A DNA stretch of 64,000 nt, from assembly GCA_964019425.1 (NCBI GenBank), contig OZ025797.1, positions 124,001 to 188,000 of the forward strand, read 5' to 3'. The first letter of the stretch is position 1. Each line of letters starts with the position of its first letter. This document shows, piece by piece, positions 10,850 through 21,223 of this stretch. The notes under the pieces are model-generated. The model was not told the origin of the DNA. It saw nothing but the letters and a program-made list of their open reading frames with translations, and did not search any database. The translations under genes and the position numbers were made by a program. The DNA comes from Flectonema sp. DT1601. Lineage: Eukaryota.

Positions 10850-11683
10850 CTATTCATCTTTCATAAGTGATTGCAAGTCAGTTTGATATTGTTTTTTAAA
10901 ATGACGACGAGTTGGTTGCAGTCCCGGCAGTGTCGGGTTAGGGCAAATTTCAGGATTACTATCCCCTTGTGCTGCACAAGGAGGACGAGGAGGTTTCATA
11001 TTGCTCTTAGAGTAGTCTCGATATACTTTTTCAATTTTTTGTTTCGTCGAAGGATCTTTTTTTGCCAAACCTTGCAACGTATTAAACACTTCCTCATCAG
11101 AGTTGAGAATACCAATTTCATGAGCGTGTCTCGATATCGCAGCGTTTGCTTCAGAAGCGGCATTTCTTTCAGATGTGATTTCTTTTCGGAGATCTTTACA
11201 TCTGCTTAGAATTGAGTGAACCTTTGAAGTGGTGCTGCCTTCTTCTTCTTTTTGAATTCTTTTTGTAACGAAGTTCCATTCCTGTCCGTGACGGTTTCCA
11301 AGACTGCTACGACTGTTGTCAGACGGTGGTCGATTACAACTTCTCCCAGTCTGATAACTGCCTAAACACTGTGAGCTTGATATGCTACCTTCTGGCAGTA
11401 CTCCACGAGGCCTAGGTGGTGCTAGTGTTAGCCCACCAAGGTTTGATAATTTCGGAGACTCTCCTAAAGTAGCTTTCTGAACTACATGTCTTTGAACTGC
11501 AGTCACTAAATGATTTCTAATTCTTAACTTTTCACTCTGAGTTACATCATAACTCGACACAGCATCGCTAAGAGCTCCAAATCTCGTCGATTTCTTACGC
11601 GGATCACAGTAGATGACGTTACCTCCTCGGTGACCAAATCCACGACGTTTTCCTCGATCAGCCGCTCTTATATCCATTAACAT
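10850..11683 (-). CDS. Hypothetical protein
   Basis: 277-aa ORF; frame stays open upstream to a TTTTCATACAG site, so an extra 5' exon is possible. Confidence 0.65.
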   Translation of the reverse strand: MLMDIRAADRGKRRGFGHRGGNVIYCDPRKKSTRFGALSDAVSSYDVTQSEKLRIRNHLVTAVQRHVVQKATLGESPKLSNLGGLTLAPPRPRGVLPEGSISSSQCLGSYQTGRSCNRPPSDNSRSSLGNRHGQEWNFVTKRIQKEEEGSTTSKVHSILSRCKDLRKEITSERNAASEANAAISRHAHEIGILNSDEEVFNTLQGLAKKDPSTKQKIEKVYRDYSKSNMKPPRPPCAAQGDSNPEICPNPTLPGLQPTRRHFKKQYQTDLQSLMKDE

Positions 11684-11947
11684 GTAAGACGGCTTACCAA
11701 CAACCCGTCTGTATGAAAATATTAATCAAAAACAGATGACGGAACAAAAAACAACATTCTTTGAGGTAATTCACCTAATCGCTGACGATTGATAGTAAAA
11801 AACTGACCGTACAATAAAACCAAACTAAAAACCGGAAAGAAAGAAAAAAAAAAAAAAAAAGGTGATCGATACTGCAGAGGCATCAGCCTACAAAGCACAT
11901 AAAAAACCAACAAGTTTTAAGTATTGACTGGAATATCATGGTATTGT

Positions 11948-14359
11948 TTAAGATAATAATGTCCGAGAGACTTTATTTATATCACCGTCAGGAGTGTCGA
12001 TAAGCGCCATAACTGATGATTTGTCAACCGTGTCGGTATCTTTGACATCAGAATCACGAGGACGTGACATTGACTTTCGTAATGCAGAGAACAGTTCTGG
12101 AGTTACAATCTTTTTAGATACGAATGCTCTTGTGACCTGAGATACGATTCCACGATGAAGCGAAGCAGCGTTCATTTCAATTACCTTAGCAAGTCGGATA
12201 TAAAGATCTGTACAAGGTGTTTGAGTCAACGATAGCGATAACACAATCGCCGCAGCATCAACAGCTGATAGCCCTTCAAGTGATAATTTATTTAACGATG
12301 TGATCACAAGCAAAGCTAACTGCGGTGATAATGGTTTTTTAATTTTTCTATAAGCTCGAACAAACGCAACACAACCAACGACATTCAATTTAATGGATTT
12401 TTGTCTTGAGGCGACAGTCTCACTTAACTGATCCCAAAACGGATCATTTACTCGATCACCGATAGAATGACTCGACGCCATTGTCGCTAATGAACGTCCA
12501 TTAAACTCTGATAAGCCGTGAACATTCGTAATACGAGTCACCCATTGTGATACTTTGTTGCAATTTAAGTCAAATAAAATAGAACTGATAGCGGCATCAT
12601 CGATGTCGTGAATTGGTTTTAAAAAACCTTTTTGTGCCAGATACTCAACGCAAAGTAGTTTGAATTCCGGAGTCAGTTCAGCCTTCGGAAGCAATATCCT
12701 TCTTGAAGAAGAAACGCACACAGAAATTTGGATTACCGATTGTTCTTGCAGTCCATTTCTCATTAAAAACGCTCCCGAACGATATACAAATTCCTTAGCA
12801 AGAAAATGAATCTTAGACGATGGATGAAGAATAACAAATCGCTTTAGACCATACAAGTAAAGTGAAAGCATTCGTGTGCAGTGATTTCTACGTTCCGCAT
12901 TTCCCTCTTCCGTTTCCGAACGACAATCAAACTGCGCGTAGTATAACTTACTTAACCCAGAAATAAAATCCGGAGATGGGGAAACTGATTCCAGAACAGC
13001 AAACGACCAAGCGCAATATGTAAAAAATGGGATTGCGAATGGTGTCTCCACGATATCCCCATTACGGACAAGCTCCAAGTACGTGACAATAACTTTATTA
13101 GAGACAGAGAATAAGCGATTAGCTGATTTGGTAACAGAGTCTTCAGAATGCGGTTTTAACCTTCCAATAATCTTAGCAACAGCTTGTAACACACCTGCTA
13201 AATCAACATTCTGAAGTATGTAGTTATCGGTTAGGTCAACAGATAATAGTTTATTATATATCTCTTCAAGTTGGATTGTGTACAGATCGATTCCCTTAGC
13301 GATTGCTTTTATGTTTGTAGACGATGTCAGACCTCTAATTATATTACTCAGTGAAGGGGTTTCACGGAAGTCTTGTGGAGATAATATTGTAGTGAGACAG
13401 TCGACGAGGGCATTGCGATGCTCAGAGGGTTGCCATTCTGATGTTCTTCTCAGCAAAGTTGAGAAGTCAGTCAGAGATAAAAAATTCATACTCCCCGACG
13501 AGTTACATTTCTTTACAAAATAATCAGATATAAATTTCTGAGCCACTTCCGAATCAGAAAGACTCCATGCGCAGAACGCAATCATTTTTGGAGTCATCTC
13601 CAACGAAAGAAGATCAGCCAACCAATCGCTACTATTACGATTAGCTATTCCTATAGTTTTCAATGACCATGCAACCATCGTTACTTGAGTTGGATTTTTA
13701 AATATTTTGTTAGATGCGTTTTTACAAATATTTCGAACATCCTCCACCCGTCCAAGTTTTGATAACGACCATATAATCTGCGGTAGGAAGTTACTTTTTA
13801 TATATTTTGAATAACATGATAACTTCTCAAGAACGTGATGATGTAGTTGTAACTTTGCACATTTATAAAAAATTAAACACATGAGGTCTTCTGGTAGAGC
13901 GAAAACAGAATACCTTCCATTACCAAGATTGCTAAGAACTTTGTCAAGAATATTCTTGTCGTTAGTACGAAGTTGTTTGCGAAGGTTTAAAGGATAGTCC
14001 TTTAGTATTTTCTTTTTAAATCGATTTGGAATCTCAGAATCTGAAACCCTGATCGAAGATAAGCTGCTGGCAATGCAATGACCTTGTTGACTTGTTTGTA
14101 GTTCTTTTATTCTGTGTTGTGCTTCTTTAGCTAACAGAACAGCAGGTTTTTGAAGATTCAGCCTTGCCAGACACCAAACCATTTCAGGTAGGGATCGAGA
14201 GTATAGTTTCGAACGGTTTTCAACGATCTCATCAGCGGCTTGTTTGACGATTGGGGATGTGACTCTCATTGTAGCCGCAGCTAGTAGTCGTACCTCAGGC
14301 CTCAATCCAGCAATGTGGATAACTTGTCCATGTTGAAGAATGGTCTCCAACCTCCCCAT
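11948..14359 (-). CDS. Alpha-helical repeat protein (OPR/HPR/FASTK-like), probable organellar RNA-binding factor
   Basis: Repeated motifs 'LPEMVWCLARL', 'LPQIIWSLSKLG', 'PTQVTMVAWSLKTIG', 'PKMIAFCAWSLS', 'TYCAWSFAVL', 'FNGRSLATMASS'. Confidence 0.7.
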   Translation of the reverse strand: MGRLETILQHGQVIHIAGLRPEVRLLAAATMRVTSPIVKQAADEIVENRSKLYSRSLPEMVWCLARLNLQKPAVLLAKEAQHRIKELQTSQQGHCIASSLSSIRVSDSEIPNRFKKKILKDYPLNLRKQLRTNDKNILDKVLSNLGNGRYSVFALPEDLMCLIFYKCAKLQLHHHVLEKLSCYSKYIKSNFLPQIIWSLSKLGRVEDVRNICKNASNKIFKNPTQVTMVAWSLKTIGIANRNSSDWLADLLSLEMTPKMIAFCAWSLSDSEVAQKFISDYFVKKCNSSGSMNFLSLTDFSTLLRRTSEWQPSEHRNALVDCLTTILSPQDFRETPSLSNIIRGLTSSTNIKAIAKGIDLYTIQLEEIYNKLLSVDLTDNYILQNVDLAGVLQAVAKIIGRLKPHSEDSVTKSANRLFSVSNKVIVTYLELVRNGDIVETPFAIPFFTYCAWSFAVLESVSPSPDFISGLSKLYYAQFDCRSETEEGNAERRNHCTRMLSLYLYGLKRFVILHPSSKIHFLAKEFVYRSGAFLMRNGLQEQSVIQISVCVSSSRRILLPKAELTPEFKLLCVEYLAQKGFLKPIHDIDDAAISSILFDLNCNKVSQWVTRITNVHGLSEFNGRSLATMASSHSIGDRVNDPFWDQLSETVASRQKSIKLNVVGCVAFVRAYRKIKKPLSPQLALLVITSLNKLSLEGLSAVDAAAIVLSLSLTQTPCTDLYIRLAKVIEMNAASLHRGIVSQVTRAFVSKKIVTPELFSALRKSMSRPRDSDVKDTDTVDKSSVMALIDTPDGDINKVSRTLLS

Positions 14360-14852
14360 ATTATATAACTGAATTAAGTAGTAACTTAAATTGGTGAATA
14401 AAGGACTTTTTTTTGTTGTTGTTATTTTTTTTCTTAATTTTCATATTTTTCCTGTGAGAAATTGTTTTATATAATTAAATCGTGTTCAGGTTCTTCACAA
14501 AAAGAATTAATTAAAACCTCTTGTGGGTTCGCCAACCAGTCTGGCGTTTGTTCTAAGATAAGTAGTGCTTTTGTGTGGCATTGTAGAGACACGAACATAA
14601 TGTATTATCCATTATTATTATTGCTTTTTTTTTTTTTTTTTTTTTGAAAGTGGATTCTCCATTTTCCGAATAACAGAACTAATAAAAAAAAAAGGTTTGG
14701 CGCGGTAATCATTTTAATAATGCACACCATGAATATGTTTTTTTTTTTTTTTTTTTTTTTTGTTGTTTGTTGTTTGTTTTTAATGCTGTTGAAGTCAGTA
14801 AATTCAAAACCTCTGGGGGAAGTCCACGGGGGATAACAGCAATTCGATACCA

Positions 14853-14885
14853 CAACCGTGAGACTCTCACAGGCGAGAAGAGACG
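14853..14885. repeat. Repeat family B, copy 1 (33-nt hairpin-containing motif)
   Basis: CAACCGTGAGACTCTCACAGGCGAGAAGAGACG; 31/33 identical to 36069-36101. Confidence 0.8.
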
Positions 14886-15873
14886 TAGAAATAAGTGACG
14901 ACCAAGACCCACCGCATGCACGAAGCAGGCAGCGAGAGAAGATTATGACAACCCTCAGTTTATATGCTGTTAGGGATTTATTTTTTTTTTTTTTGAATTT
15001 TTTTTTTCTTTCAAGGATCGTAACTCACATTCATTCGCAGTACCTACAAAAGCGAATAAGGTAGGACCGCTGAAAGGGGTGGTGATAAGGTTTGACAATG
15101 TAAAAATAGTAACAACCCTTCACGTATTAATACAACAATCATTGGAGGGAAAAAAGAAACCATAAATCGGAATTAAAAGCTTAATAAAAATAACTAATAT
15201 TCCTTTTTTTTTTTTTTTTTGTTGAATAAAATTGACATTCAGAAAAGAAGAAACGTAGTTGCAGGGTATGAAATATTTGAATAAAAACCATTATGTGCTG
15301 TCTTTTTTTTTATTTACAATAATTTCCCTCAAAATGATATTTACATCCCTCTTTTATCTGAAAGTGATCTTGGTGTGTGAGATTTGTTTTCCGCGAACTA
15401 TCTATTTCCACAGCACTTGATAAAAAAAAATTTTTTTAAGGCAAAATTTTCCAAACAAAAACCACTGCTTGCTATCAAAAATAGATGTGAGAAGCGGGGT
15501 AGATGCTTTCAAAAATAATACTTTTTTTTTGGTTGCTTGTGTTAGTATCATTAATTTTAGAACATGCTTGTGTTAGTTAGTTAGTGTTATCATGGTTACC
15601 GAGTCCAACTCACAGAACAGAATAGCTCTTCGAAGATGAACTTAATTATATCTTATTAGTTTTTTTTTTGATATCGGACATGTCAGATCAAGAGATCTGT
15701 AGCCTCAACGTTTCAACCTTGACCGGATCACTAACAGGAAAGAAATAGAAAAAAAAAAAAAAAGAAGAAAAAAAAAATCTTCTTCCATTTACAACCACTA
15801 CTTGCATCATTTTGTTAACATTTATTTGCGCATGAACTGATGTTCTTTTTAGCCTAAACAACTGAAGTTAGTG

Positions 15874-15990
15874 TTGTTGATCAAAGACGGTAATCCTGAC
15901 GCACAGGAAATAGATATAATAATATGATCTAATTTAATGAACCGAAAGGTTTCTTCTCCGACTTTGTCGGTGCAAAAGAAAAGAAGAAAA
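15874..15990 (+). repeat. Dispersed repeat family A, diverged copy 3
   Basis: Shares GCACAGGAAATAGAT and GTTTCTTCTCCGACTTTGTCGGTGC plus A-rich tail with the other two copies. Confidence 0.8.
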
Positions 15991-16048
15991 ATAATAATAA
16001 TAATAATAACATAGCAATTCGAACACTTTGGCTAAATAGCACAATACG

Positions 16049-16080
<32 letters not shown>

Positions 16081-16931
16081 TCTACGAAGTGAGATTTTGT
16101 GGTATTTTTTTTCTTGACCAAAGGGGAAAAAAAAAAAAAAAAAAAAAAACGGAGAACGGAGAACGGAGAACGGGGGAATAAAAAAAAAATTTAAAAAAAA
16201 TGAAGAAGAAGAAAAAAAATTATCCTAATGAAAAACCTTAACCGAAAGTAACATCTCGCTTAGGTGTTTCTTAACGCAAGACAGGTGCTACTAGCATTAA
16301 ACTGAGTAGTCATCCGCATGGGATCAACAGACGTAATATTTTTAAGTATTGTTTCCATTCAAAACCCACTTTAATGGAAGTGTATATGCTCAAGCGTAAG
16401 GGGGAAAATTCTTTTCTATCTCTACTTCACAATGAAAAAAAAAAACCCCTCCCAAAAAAAAAAGTCGCAGTGTTTTTTTTATGTTCTTCGGTAATCTTAT
16501 TATTCACAACCTAGTGTCTAATTCCCGACTTAAACAACAAGTAATCAAAATAATATTAAAAAAAAAAAAAAAAAGAAAGAAAGAAAGAAATTGTTTTGAT
16601 CTCAATTCTCGTCCTGCCCGAATTATTATTTCCCGTCGGACGAAGCTTGAACCGCAAGCTGGAAAAAAAAAAAAAAAAAAAAAAAATGAAAGGAAGAAAA
16701 TTAAATAATGATCACACATAGAATACAAGCCTGGGATCGCAGACTTATTTTTAGTCCTTTTGAACTGTAATTCGACAAAGATGGCTCAAGAGATGATTAT
16801 TTTTTCTCTCACAAAACGCTTGTGTACAAAAACAATTTCAGTATTTAAAAAAAAAAAAAATAATAAAAAAAAGGAGGAGAATAAAAAGAATTTTAGAAAT
16901 ATACTGAACTCATTACGCAAGGCTTTATTTA

Positions 16932-16963
<32 letters not shown>

Positions 16964-18927
16964 TAGAAACTATACGGGGAAAGAAAAAACGTGCTTTTTA
17001 AAAAAAAAAGAAAACAAAAAAAAAACCAGTGGCTAACTTCGAAGCCTTCACAAGTCGTTAAAATGATGACGACTATCCCAAAAGTATGAATGAAAGTCGA
17101 TCACCAATTCGTTAGCCCAGTACAGTTCTCTAACTAAAAGATACCATACTCAACAAAAAACAGTTTACCGGCTTTGCGTGTTGGCTTATTTCCCATGGGT
17201 ACAGATAGGCATACTGCAAACAAGAACCCATCTTGTTCGTTTTTTAAAAAAAAAAAAAAATAATATTTTTTCGTTCTGCTGACTGCTAAAGAGCAGAACG
17301 GCGAACGCTACGCTTACACAGACAGGTTCCTATCCATTAAGATACTAATAAACAAGTCACATAATTACACTCAGTGAGGCTGTAAAGAACTAAAAGAAGC
17401 CAACAGAAACAAAAAAAGAAAAAAAATACCGCCAGTGATATTTTGTTCGCTGCTTTTTTGATGTGGTTCCAGAAAACAAAGAAAGAAACGCTAAAGGTCC
17501 AATAACAGAATAAAAGATTTTTTATAAATTTTTTTAAAACAAAAAAAAAAAAAAAAAATACATACGCTCTGCAGCCAGTGATAAGCAACGAAGAACTGCT
17601 GGAAGCGCAAAAAGAATACTCCAGTACGCCCTGCCACGTCGAAAAAGAAAACTGACAAGCAGGAACCTGGAAACAATACTACCCGTAACAAAAAATAAAA
17701 TAAGAAAAACACATTTGGGAGGAGGAAAAAAAAAATTTTTTTTGTTGTTCTTTTTTGTTTGTTTTTGTTTTTATTTTCACGGCTTTGCTTAACAGGACAA
17801 GCAGACTTGCTCAGCTAACTTCACAAAGTCTGGCCTTAGAAAACGCTGTCCCAACACTCAGAGCATGCGCCACAGAATAACACTAATAAAAAAAGACTCC
17901 TCCTATTGATTAAAACTACTAAGGAATAGCGCATGTGTATTTTCCCACAAGAGAGAAAACAAAAAGGGGGGAAATATATAATAACATACTTAGGGACGCC
18001 CCCATCTTCACCGAAACACAGTTTTTTTTTTTTTTCTTTTTTTTTTTTTTCCCTCTAATGCTGTCTTTGGTATGCAGGAAAAAAATATGGTTTCCGCTTG
18101 TAAATAAAAATATCTTCTGCTACTTGCAGAGACATTCTAAAAAAATAAAGATCATGTCAGCGAATATATACACCGAGCTAAAAGACAACATAAAAATAAT
18201 GAATAATAATAAAAGGAAAGGAAAGGAAAGAAAGAAAGAATTCTCACCCTCCGCAGATAAAGCAATTTCCGCCCAACTCAATTAAGGTAAGCATGCAAAC
18301 AAGAGGATGGTGCACAACACCATCACTAAATAGTGCTTTATAAACTAACAAAAACTAAGTGTTTACAGACGATCAAAAAGAACATCGCAGAAAAGGGTAG
18401 CGTGATATCGTATCTGTAATTGACATTCACATACCGAAAAAGGAAATAGAAGTACTGTAGCGCAGTAGATGGGGTCGTTCCATGAAACACTGGCGGGAAA
18501 CTAACGTAAAGACACTCCAACGCCACCTGCTTATGTTACCCAAAACGAGGAAAAAAAACGATAAAAGGGTGAAAAATACTTGGGCATTTTTATTTTTATT
18601 TTTTTGAGTGGAGAGAGGAAACGAATCAGCTACAAGAGAGCAATAAGCTGGGATAGTGATTTTTTTTTTTTTTTTTTTTTTTTTGTTTTGTGATTATTAT
18701 TATTATTACTATTATTATTTTTTTATTTTTTTTTTTTTTGGATATCTGGCAATCCACACTCGCAATCGAAGTACCCTTTTTCACAGAAGCTAGAACGGGT
18801 TGTCTTTGCGCGACTCGTTTTTCGGACAGAATCAGTAGCAACTTTCCAAATACAGTTTGTTGCCCTCAGAGTGAATCTCTAATTCTAATCACATTATAAT
18901 TCGACAACGACTAATAACATTGTGATG

Positions 18928-20337
18928 TTATGTCTGACACGGATCTTCAGTGTTGAGTAGGGTAATATTTGCAAACAGAGGATCCTCAAGCGCTTCTTTA
19001 GCTGTCGGACGGACAGCAACTTCCCTTTCAAAACACTTTAATAAAAACTTATGTATATCAGGATCACAGTCATTAGGTATACCAGGAGGAGGACCCTTTG
19101 AATTAGCAATATGGTATACTGCAGACCAAGGCGTGTCGAATGATGGCCAAGGTATGGATCCGAGCATCTCAATTACAGTGCAACCAACAGACCAAATATC
19201 TGCTTTACGTCCATATCCAGAATCATCTGTCAAAGCAATTACCTCTGGTGCCATCCAATAAGGAGTTCCAACCATAGTCTGACAGCCATGAGTAGCTGCG
19301 AGAACCACGTCTACTTTCTTACTGCTGCCAAAATCTGCTAATTTTACTTTGTCGTCGGTTCCCAATAAAATATTATCACCTTTAATATCCCTGTGTACGA
19401 TATCCTTTGAGTGAAGGTACTTCAATGCTTCAAGTACCTGTGACGTGTAGCTGATGCAGCTTTCGGTGTCAAGCTTTCCACATCTTCGGATTTGTGAGGC
19501 AAGAGATCCAGAAGCGAATTCCATAAATATATCAATCTCTTGATTGTTTTTTATATAACCAAAATATCTTATTATATGCGGGTGTACAACATCACGCATG
19601 ACACTGAACTCCTGTTGTAAGGCATCTAGGTCTGCCGCTTTTGGTTCTTCCGTTCCGAGTTCGATAACTTTTACAGCAAGTTTGATACCTTTCGGAAGAA
19701 ATCCTTCATAGACAGTTGCGAATGATCCTTTTCCTAACTTTCGCCCTCGTTGCCATAATTTTAAAATGTCTTCACTGTATGCTCCTTCATCCTCAGAGGA
19801 CGATACGACTGGTAGTGAATTTGTTGTCGGAACAGTTGTATTAAAGGAAGAGTAATAAGTTGAATTTGGAAGTGGAGGTCGACCAACTGGTGAACCAGAA
19901 TTCGCATATTGAATAGGCTTTAATGGTTGTCCGCTTGAGTCTAGTTCTTCAACGTACATTCGCATGTCGTTTTCTTCATTGCAATCCCAATACCAGATCT
20001 TTGTCCGTCCCCACGCTTTAGCATTTTTAATTACGACTATGTCGCTGCCGTCGAGGTAACTTACTCGGAATGGTTTTGTTTTTAAGTTGAATTCTCTTCT
20101 TATTATTCTCAGAACTGCAGCCCATGTGATCATCCAGTTCAAATTATGTCTAATAATGTGAACTGATTCTTGTACTATTTTTACGTTTATTTTTGCTGCT
20201 TCTTCTTCTTCCTCTTCTTCTTCGGCTTCTTCGTCTTCCTCTTCTTCTTCCTCCTCTTCCTCTTCTTCTTCTTCTTCTTCACATTCTTCTGCGTCATCGT
20301 CTTCAGTATCACTGGGTATATCTTCAGGGTTTTTCAT
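18928..20337 (-). CDS. STE11/MEKK-like MAP3K with acidic N-terminus and PB1-like domain
   Basis: GKGSFATV, AVK, HRDIKGDN, DFG, GTPYWMAPE, DIWSVGCTVIEM; PB1-like 'FRVSYLDGSDIVVI'; poly-E tract. Confidence 0.93.
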   Translation of the reverse strand: MKNPEDIPSDTEDDDAEECEEEEEEEEEEEEEEEDEEAEEEEEEEEAAKINVKIVQESVHIIRHNLNWMITWAAVLRIIRREFNLKTKPFRVSYLDGSDIVVIKNAKAWGRTKIWYWDCNEENDMRMYVEELDSSGQPLKPIQYANSGSPVGRPPLPNSTYYSSFNTTVPTTNSLPVVSSSEDEGAYSEDILKLWQRGRKLGKGSFATVYEGFLPKGIKLAVKVIELGTEEPKAADLDALQQEFSVMRDVVHPHIIRYFGYIKNNQEIDIFMEFASGSLASQIRRCGKLDTESCISYTSQVLEALKYLHSKDIVHRDIKGDNILLGTDDKVKLADFGSSKKVDVVLAATHGCQTMVGTPYWMAPEVIALTDDSGYGRKADIWSVGCTVIEMLGSIPWPSFDTPWSAVYHIANSKGPPPGIPNDCDPDIHKFLLKCFEREVAVRPTAKEALEDPLFANITLLNTEDPCQT

Positions 20338-20414
20338 TATTCTTTTATTTTATTTTATTTTTTTTTGTATTTGTTTTTTTTGTTTTCCTAAATAGAAGTA
20401 AGAAAGCCATTAAC

Positions 20415-20445
<31 letters not shown>

Positions 20446-21223
20446 TGATTAATCTCCGTTTTGTAATTCCTGTGAAAGGACGATAAGGTTTAAATAATTT
20501 AAAAAAAAAAATCACAAACAGTTCCAGCTTGACTGAAATTCAAAAGGAAAGAACAACTACAAGGTGGTCGAGGAAAACGATTCCCATCATTCGCTTTACC
20601 AACTATTGAATATACTGCAACGGATTCTCAAAATGATTTCCACCTTATTAAAAGAGGTTACAATGCAGGAGGAGATGACATTTTGACAAGTCCACTAAAA
20701 TGGTTCACCAAATGATGATTTTAGCTTAAGAAGGTACGCCACATCATAATATTATATACGGTTAGAATTTCCTCTCTATTTTTTTTTTTTTTTTTTTTGA
20801 AAAAAAAAAGAAAGAAAAAAAAAACTAAAAAACACGAAAACGAAGTAGGAGGCGGTAAATTGATCAAATTTGGCTAAACAGGTGTCCGGTACCGACACAA
20901 TAAAAGACATGGGTTGGATTAAAAATACGGTACAGTGACTAAAAAAAACGATGCATGGGGGAAGGAAGATTACAATAACTAAAATTTAAGAAACTAACGA
21001 AAAGAAGAAAAAAAAATGAAAACAAAAACTGGCTGACACAACAGCCAAGAAATCGCACATTAAAAAAACTACCCTTTTTTTTTTTTTTTTCGGGTGAAAA
21101 ATACAGTTTTCCTTATTCACCCACGAAGGGGAATATCACAATACGTAAATGCACTGAGTACGCGCAGTGTGTGATTGACAACAACAACCTCCTTTTCAGG
21201 TGATGGCATCGATAACAACACAC

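Noticed and set aside
14462..18899. Many 60-116-aa ORFs rich in poly-F or poly-K (also at 60727-63666)
   Set aside because: Artefacts of poly-T/poly-A tracts with no domain signal
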